A DNA stretch of 64,000 bases. Source: Spirochaetia bacterium (GTDB lineage: Bacteria > Spirochaetota > Spirochaetia > DSM-16054 > Sediminispirochaetaceae). The notes beneath the pieces are model-generated. The model worked only from the letters and a program-made list of their open reading frames with translations. It was not told where the DNA came from and ran no database searches. The stretch is from assembly GCA_034520965.1 (NCBI GenBank), contig JAXHMY010000007.1, positions 96,001 through 160,000 of the forward strand, given 5' to 3'. Position numbers and translations under genes: made by a program. Of the stretch, positions 58,770-64,000 are shown piece by piece. How positions within the stretch are numbered: position 1 is the first letter of the stretch; each line of letters starts with the position of its first letter.

Positions 58770-60134
58770 ATGAAGTTGATCATAAAAGTATTTATCAGCC
58801 TGGCAACTATGCTTTGTTTTTCGCCTTCCCTCTTCGGATTGGAATGGGAGTTGCGACTGCAGAACGACGCGCTGGCCTGGGCTCACTCCACGGAGTGGGA
58901 TGATTTTCGCACTGCCGGAGGCAGCCTGCTGCTAACTGAGGGGCAGATGGAATTCCAAACAGGATACTACGTCCTCACCCGCCGGTCACCAGACGGCATT
59001 GAGCCTACGGAACGCATCGACGAGATACTCCTGGGGGCGGCGCGCCGCTTTACCCTACTGCAGAGTAAGCAGCTTGAACACCATACAGAGGAGGGGGTCT
59101 TTCTCCGCCCCGGGCTTATGTTGAGGCTTTTCGGAAACTTCGGCGGCTTGGCAATGCAGAAAGGGTTTCACAGCGGCATAGAGGCAAAACGAGCCATCCC
59201 GGAGAACTACAGCAACCCGGACTGGGAGATGGGTATCAACGCCGATATCTCTGCCCGTTACGAGATTATTCCCGCTACCGGCTTTTTTTGGACAGCAGAA
59301 GCTACTGCCGAGGTGCGCAGCTCTCGCTCGATGTCGGTGAGCATTGAAAACGGTCTGAATCTGCCCGCCTCGGACTTCGACAGCCGCCTGGATGCGGGAT
59401 GGAAGTATAGGTTTGGAGAAAGCCCAATCGCTTCGCTTGAGGCACTTCGGGCTCAGACTGATGGACCCTACCTCCGGCTGCGCTATGGCACCCCGCCTTT
59501 GCTCATATCCCGCACCGCCTATCTTTTTACAGGCTGGGGTGAAGGCCGGGTTGAAGTTTCGTTTCCGGTGGTGCGCAGCGAAGAAGGGCGTTCCGGTAAA
59601 ACTGGAAATGAGCAGATACGAGAGATTCGCAACCTCACGGAGTTTGGGGCACATACTGACCGGGGTACCCTATTCCAAAATACCCTCATCTATCCCGTTG
59701 CCATACCGGTATCAGAGAAGGCTCGGTTTCTATTGGGCACCGGAGCCGGGTGGAATATCGGCTTTGTCGACATCATAGAAGGGACAGACATAGAACGAAG
59801 CAACGGATTTCGGCTTTTGCTGGAGGCGTCTGTAAATTGGCGAGTCGGTGGGTGTGAGAGCTGGCCTTATCTATTTGCCTCACCTGGTGTGGAATGGTTT
59901 CGTTTGGTGATAGATTCAGGCAACAGAGCAGAAGTGCTTGATGAGGATCTGATCCTCTCTCTTAAGGCCGGAAGCGGCATCCGTATTGGAGTCCGAAGCG
60001 GAGAGCGTGGAAGTGCAGGGATAGAGCTCTCATGGTGGTGGAATTTACGTGCTGGACGTAACGGAACCGGCGAATACAAGGGCCCCGGAAGCAGGGCCGG
60101 CACAAGTCTCTCTTTCTATGTTGCCCGGCTTTAA
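58770..60134 (+). CDS. Hypothetical exported, probably outer-membrane beta-barrel protein
   Basis: Signal peptide MKLIIKVFISLATMLCFSPSLFG; amphipathic beta strands. Confidence 0.6.
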   Translation: MKLIIKVFISLATMLCFSPSLFGLEWELRLQNDALAWAHSTEWDDFRTAGGSLLLTEGQMEFQTGYYVLTRRSPDGIEPTERIDEILLGAARRFTLLQSKQLEHHTEEGVFLRPGLMLRLFGNFGGLAMQKGFHSGIEAKRAIPENYSNPDWEMGINADISARYEIIPATGFFWTAEATAEVRSSRSMSVSIENGLNLPASDFDSRLDAGWKYRFGESPIASLEALRAQTDGPYLRLRYGTPPLLISRTAYLFTGWGEGRVEVSFPVVRSEEGRSGKTGNEQIREIRNLTEFGAHTDRGTLFQNTLIYPVAIPVSEKARFLLGTGAGWNIGFVDIIEGTDIERSNGFRLLLEASVNWRVGGCESWPYLFASPGVEWFRLVIDSGNRAEVLDEDLILSLKAGSGIRIGVRSGERGSAGIELSWWWNLRAGRNGTGEYKGPGSRAGTSLSFYVARL

Positions 60135-60261
60135 AGGACGGTGGCAAAGCCTTCAACCTGTCAGCAGCTCGACTATTTCGAATCTGTGCTCTCTGGCCAC
60201 TTGACCTATCGTGTTAGTGTGTATCTAATATTTAAAGATTAAAAATGTCCGGGGAGGATTT

Positions 60262-61746
60262 ATGAAGAATGTACGGGAAGTGAATTTTAGAAATCTGCTG
60301 GCTTATGGCTCGGGTGATATTTACGGCGGCGGATCTTTTCTGCTTATCAGTATGTTTTTTCTCTTTTATCTTACGAATGTGGTTGGCTTAAGCCCCGCAG
60401 TAAGCGGTATTATTATTGGGCTGGGAAGCATCTGGGACGGTCTTTCGGACCCTATGATGGGTTATATCTCGGATAATACCCGTACCCGTTTAGGCAGAAG
60501 GCGGGTTTTCTTTTTAATTGGAATTATTCCAATTGCGGTAAGCTTCATTTTGATGTGGCTTCCTATGCGCTTTGACAATTCTGCAATGACTGCTGTGTAC
60601 TTTGGTTTTGCATATATTCTTTTTAAAACTGTTTTTACCATGGTCATGGTTCCCTATGCTGCGTTAAATGCTGAGATGACTCCTGATTACAAAATCAGAA
60701 CCAGGCTTTCAGGTGCTAGGATCATTTTTTCTCAATTTTCCGCCCTGCTCGCGGCAACTATACCTGCTTTGATTATTAAGGCCTTTCAGCCCATTGAAAA
60801 AGGCTATGTTGTTATGGCGGTTATTTTTGGTATTTTTTATGCGGCCCCCTGGATTTTAGTTTTTCTCGGTACCTGGGAAGACTCAGACCTGAATGAGGCT
60901 AAAGACCCAAAGGCGATAAAACAGGTTTTTTCAGAATTTTTAACTTTAAGAAAAAATAAGACTTTTCTGTATCATATCTTGATGTATCTTTTCGCTTATA
61001 CCGCAATGGACGGACTGATGAACCTTTTCAAATTTTATCTTGAATTGAACCTGCAAAAGGGGCATCTTTTTTCGTTAGCTATGGGTTCTTTGATGGGTAC
61101 ACAAATTCTTATGATGAGTGTGTATGTGTATATTTCCAATAAGAAGGGCAAGGGTTTTTCGTACAGGATGGGTTTTATCCTCTGGGCAATTGGTATGGGT
61201 GCGGCCTTTTTTCTGACAGAGGATTCTTCTACCCTGCTGCTTGTGCTCACTTCAATTCTGCTCGGTACTGGTGTCAGCGCCGCAATTATGATTCCCTGGG
61301 CGATTTTACCATCTGTCATTGATGTTGATGAGCTTATTACCACTAAACAAAGGGCAGGGACCTATTCCGGTTCTATGACACTGGTGAGGAAAATTGCTCA
61401 AGGTATAACTATCGCCGGTATTGGAGCTATGTTGTCGCTTATTGGTTTTGTTTCACCCGAGATTGTAGTAGTGAATGGAATACCAAAGGCTGTTGCCCAG
61501 GTGCAGAGCCCTGAAACCCTTGCCAATTTAAAGCTTCTCTTCTTTGCCACACCTGTGGTTTTTTTAATTACGGGTTTTCTTGTTTCATTGAAGTTTAAAA
61601 TTACTCCGGAGACTCATAAAATTCTTACCGATGAAATAGCCCGTCTTAAAGCCGGTGGAAGCAAGGCGGATGTGAGCCCTGAAACAAAGGCCGTGTGTGA
61701 AGAACTCACAGGCAGTAAATATGAAAAGCTTTATAAAAAACAGTAG
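60262..61746 (+). CDS. MFS glycoside-pentoside-hexuronide:cation symporter
   Basis: AYGSGDIYGGG, WDGLSDPMMGYISDNTRTRLGRRR, DVDELIT..QRAGTYSG. Confidence 0.92.
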   Translation: MKNVREVNFRNLLAYGSGDIYGGGSFLLISMFFLFYLTNVVGLSPAVSGIIIGLGSIWDGLSDPMMGYISDNTRTRLGRRRVFFLIGIIPIAVSFILMWLPMRFDNSAMTAVYFGFAYILFKTVFTMVMVPYAALNAEMTPDYKIRTRLSGARIIFSQFSALLAATIPALIIKAFQPIEKGYVVMAVIFGIFYAAPWILVFLGTWEDSDLNEAKDPKAIKQVFSEFLTLRKNKTFLYHILMYLFAYTAMDGLMNLFKFYLELNLQKGHLFSLAMGSLMGTQILMMSVYVYISNKKGKGFSYRMGFILWAIGMGAAFFLTEDSSTLLLVLTSILLGTGVSAAIMIPWAILPSVIDVDELITTKQRAGTYSGSMTLVRKIAQGITIAGIGAMLSLIGFVSPEIVVVNGIPKAVAQVQSPETLANLKLLFFATPVVFLITGFLVSLKFKITPETHKILTDEIARLKAGGSKADVSPETKAVCEELTGSKYEKLYKKQ

Positions 61747-61803
61747 AAGCGTAAGACCCTCGGCTGCGCTTACTGCGGCCTGGTTTTGTAACCTGAGGTT
61801 TGG

Positions 61804-61877
61804 GTTGTATCCTGGGGTCTATGTTGTATCCTGGGGTCTATGTTGTATCCTGGGGTCTATGTTGTATCCTGGGGTCT
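61804..61877 (+). repeat. 19-bp tandem repeat, ~3.9 identical copies
   Basis: Unit GTTGTATCCTGGGGTCTAT at 61804, 61823, 61842, 61861. Confidence 0.95.
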
Positions 61878-61895
61878 GGGCGGGGGGCCGGCCCG

Positions 61896-62058
61896 CGGAT
61901 GGGGAGGTTATATAAACTACGGATATATCGGGCTGCACACGGGGCCCTTCGGCGGGCCTATCAGGGGGGCAACACGGATGGGCGCGGATGGGGATGAGTA
62001 TAAAAATTTAGGGTTTATAAATATATCTGTGTATATCCGTGAAAATCCGTAGTTAAAT
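61896..62058 (+). repeat. Module-boundary motif copy 6 with extended imperfect palindrome
   Basis: CGGATGGGGAGGTTATATAAACTACGGATAT...CAACACGGATGGGCGCGGATGG...ATCTGTGTATATCCGTGAAAATCCGTAGTTAAAT; AACTACGGAT/ATCCGTAGTT is a perfect 10-bp inverted pair. Confidence 0.88.
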
Positions 62059-62202
62059 TCTTTTCTTTTCTTTTTTGAAGCAGCAGGCTGTTTTGAGGCC
62101 CCGTAGAGTTAACCTGAATAATTCGGGTGGGCAGCTTTGTTATTCCTCAGTATATCCTGCATATCTTAAATCTGGTACTCTTTAAGATATTTAAACATGG
62201 GG

Positions 62203-62640
62203 TTACCCGAATTTCTTGTGCATGAACCTTCGGTAGGCTTTGCCGAATTTGGGAATATTATCAAAAATATCCCCCCACAGGTCATAGTAGTCTCTCTGTT
62301 CGATGATCATAGAATTTTCATCAAGGGTCAGCTTTGAGCAGCCATAAAGGGTCGAGCTGGGAAACTTTTTAAACATCATTGTCATCTCCCATTGCATAAA
62401 GATTACCTGCTCATTCTGTGCCATGGAAACAATCTTGAAATTCAGCTCTTTGCAGCGACCTGCCAGGCGGTTGCAGAGGGCCTCAAAGTTCTGTTTCCCC
62501 TCAACCCTTTGAATGGAATCCTGGAAAATGATGTTCTCGTGATAATAAGGAAACAGATGGGACCAGTCGGGCTTGCCGCTGGTGTTATATGTGTTAGACC
62601 ACAGCTCCCTTATTGTTTCAAGGCTCAGTTTTTTTTCCAT
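62203..62640 (-). CDS. SnoaL/NTF2-like protein
   Basis: YHENIIFQDSIQRVEG, IIEQRDYYDL. Confidence 0.85.
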   Translation of the reverse strand: MEKKLSLETIRELWSNTYNTSGKPDWSHLFPYYHENIIFQDSIQRVEGKQNFEALCNRLAGRCKELNFKIVSMAQNEQVIFMQWEMTMMFKKFPSSTLYGCSKLTLDENSMIIEQRDYYDLWGDIFDNIPKFGKAYRRFMHKKFG

Positions 62641-62660
62641 ATACGTCCTTCATTTTTTCT

Positions 62661-63107
62661 TTAGGCAGTATGAAAATTTATCAGATAGATAATAAGTGCA
62701 ACGGTGAAGGTAGCGATAAACCCGATAATCATTATGCCGAGTGTTTTGGAATATCCCCTGGGAGAAATCTGGCCGGCCCTGTCCATCTGTTTAATGGCCG
62801 GATACAGCCGTGAGAAGAAGGTCGATATCGAGAATATGAGTGCGATAATAGTGAATACCTTTGTAGTACTGTTTCCGGTTATTATGATGCCTATCAGCAG
62901 GACAATAAATATCAATTTTGTCCCGGCTAGCCAATCTATTAGATAGGTTACCAGTGCGTGTACTTCAGGGTCGGTTTTTGATTTTTCATATGCCTTAAAA
63001 ACCCCCATGCCGTTTCCCCGGCGTGTTTCAGGAGTCAAATAGAGCATCAGCACATTCGAAAGTTCCAGAATACCAAAAACAATCAGGACAATAGATAGAA
63101 TGTCCAC
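62661..63107 (-). CDS. Hypothetical membrane protein
   Basis: Four hydrophobic segments; GGGGAG RBS. Confidence 0.7.
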   Translation of the reverse strand: MDILSIVLIVFGILELSNVLMLYLTPETRRGNGMGVFKAYEKSKTDPEVHALVTYLIDWLAGTKLIFIVLLIGIIITGNSTTKVFTIIALIFSISTFFSRLYPAIKQMDRAGQISPRGYSKTLGIMIIGFIATFTVALIIYLINFHTA

Positions 63108-63205
63108 AGCAATCTCCCCGATCAGACTGTTTCCTGCCTATAGTTCCGTTCCCCACCTGGTCACTCTTCATTTAATAATAGTTTGTAATGATGCCGGCAG
63201 CAAGG

Positions 63206-63232
63206 GGATGGGGAGGTTATATATACAACGAT
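63206..63232 (+). repeat. Module-boundary motif copy 7 (degenerate)
   Basis: GGATGGGGAGGTTATATATACAACGAT. Confidence 0.7.
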
Positions 63233-63293
63233 TGACCAGCAGTTTGAACAGTGCTACTTTAACTTACTATTGATAATCTGAAGAGAAGAGAGT

Positions 63294-63641
63294 ATGAAAA
63301 AAATAAGTGAGCGGGGTCGGTTTCTTTTCAAGCTTGTCGGTGTCAGTGCATTAGTGTTGTTTATGATCTCGGCAACATCCTGCGCCACAAGCGGCGTGCT
63401 CGGATTCGGCGATCCCCTGGCAACTGCAAGCTATGTAGACAGTGGAGATTCAAATGCATCGGAACGTATTTCTACATCCGAAGAGGAGATCGAAGCGTTA
63501 AAAGCCGAGATTGCCGTTCTGAAGAAGGAACTTGAGAGGGTCAGCAATATCAAGACCGACATTGATGAAATGCCGAAAGAGATGCTCCGTCAGCTGGTGG
63601 AAGCCCTGGAGTCCTATCTTGAGACATTCGAGGAAGAATAA
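63294..63641 (+). CDS. Coiled-coil lipoprotein
   Basis: Lipobox ATSC; heptad-rich C-terminus. Confidence 0.7.
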   Translation: MKKISERGRFLFKLVGVSALVLFMISATSCATSGVLGFGDPLATASYVDSGDSNASERISTSEEEIEALKAEIAVLKKELERVSNIKTDIDEMPKEMLRQLVEALESYLETFEEE

Positions 63642-63664
63642 AGGAACCGTACACGAGGCCGCCC

Positions 63665-64000
63665 ATGGAAGAATCTTTTATCAGGTTCAGTATTTTCCTC
63701 GGATTATTGCTGCTGTTCTCGATTCTGGAGAGCCTCTTTCCCCGCCGGGGCCGTGTCTATCGGCGGAAATTCCGATGGCCGAATAACCTGGGGGTACTGG
63801 CTGCCGGATCGCTGGTGAGCCGGGTTGTACCCTCTCTGCTTCCCCTCAGCGCGGCCTTAATGGCTGCACAACAGGGGTTTGGTCTCTTTCATATCGCCAC
63901 AATCCCAGGCTGGGCGGCATTTGTACTGACCATCCTGCTCCTCGACCTGCTCATCTACTGGCAGCACCGCCTGCTGCACACCGTGCCCCTCCTGTCGCGT
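63665..64000 (+). CDS. Sterol desaturase/fatty acid hydroxylase family protein (runs off the window end)
   Basis: Hand translation MEESFIRFSIFLGLLLLFSILESLFPRR...RWPNNL...LLDLLIYWQHRLLHTVPLL (HxxxH box); absent from the ORF track because no stop falls in the window. Confidence 0.85.
   Translation, partial: MEESFIRFSIFLGLLLLFSILESLFPRRGRVYRRKFRWPNNLGVLAAGSLVSRVVPSLLPLSAALMAAQQGFGLFHIATIPGWAAFVLTILLLDLLIYWQHRLLHTVPLLSR

Noticed and set aside
61804..61877. Possible CRISPR array
   Set aside because: The 19-bp units are contiguous with no spacers, and no cas genes are present.
46228..63232. Calling the region a classical integron
   Set aside because: No integrase or attI seen, genes lie in both orientations, modules are multigenic, and only one copy ends in a clean GTTRRRY. 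Kept only as a hypothesis.

Overview
Bacterial chromosomal segment, most likely from a free-living Spirochaetia member. This is inferred from the 'AGGQAE'-type N-terminus of a solute-binding protein, many lipoproteins and an MCP. The first ~46 kb is mostly housekeeping or metabolic: a BamA-like OMP, hpt, an MCP, an NlpC/P60-LysM cell-wall cluster, ilvBN with an unannotated Leu/Val leader-peptide attenuator, hypAB, PerR-DpsL with matching operators, lipid kinase and acyltransferase, a double-domain KamA-like radical SAM protein, a TeaABC-like TRAP/peptidase/PLP catabolic cluster, hrpB, and a NikR-linked FecBCD-type ABC importer. From ~46.2 kb on, the window is an accessory region with two type II TA pairs, beta-propeller lipoproteins, a PAS kinase, PrsW, a transglutaminase-like protein, an MFS transporter and gene remnants. 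Seven co-oriented intergenic copies of a ~30-bp motif (consensus CGGATG-GGGAGG-TTATATAAACT-A(C/G)GGATAT) divide this region into modules. The motif contains a dif/XerD-arm-like 11-mer and often opens an imperfect palindrome. This possible cassette array is the best candidate for an undescribed system, but no recombinase gene is visible in the window. Many genes carry indels, most densely at 30-35 kb and 51-54 kb, and these may be long-read consensus errors. No rRNA, tRNA, CRISPR array or transposase was recognised. All calls are by eye; no searches were run.
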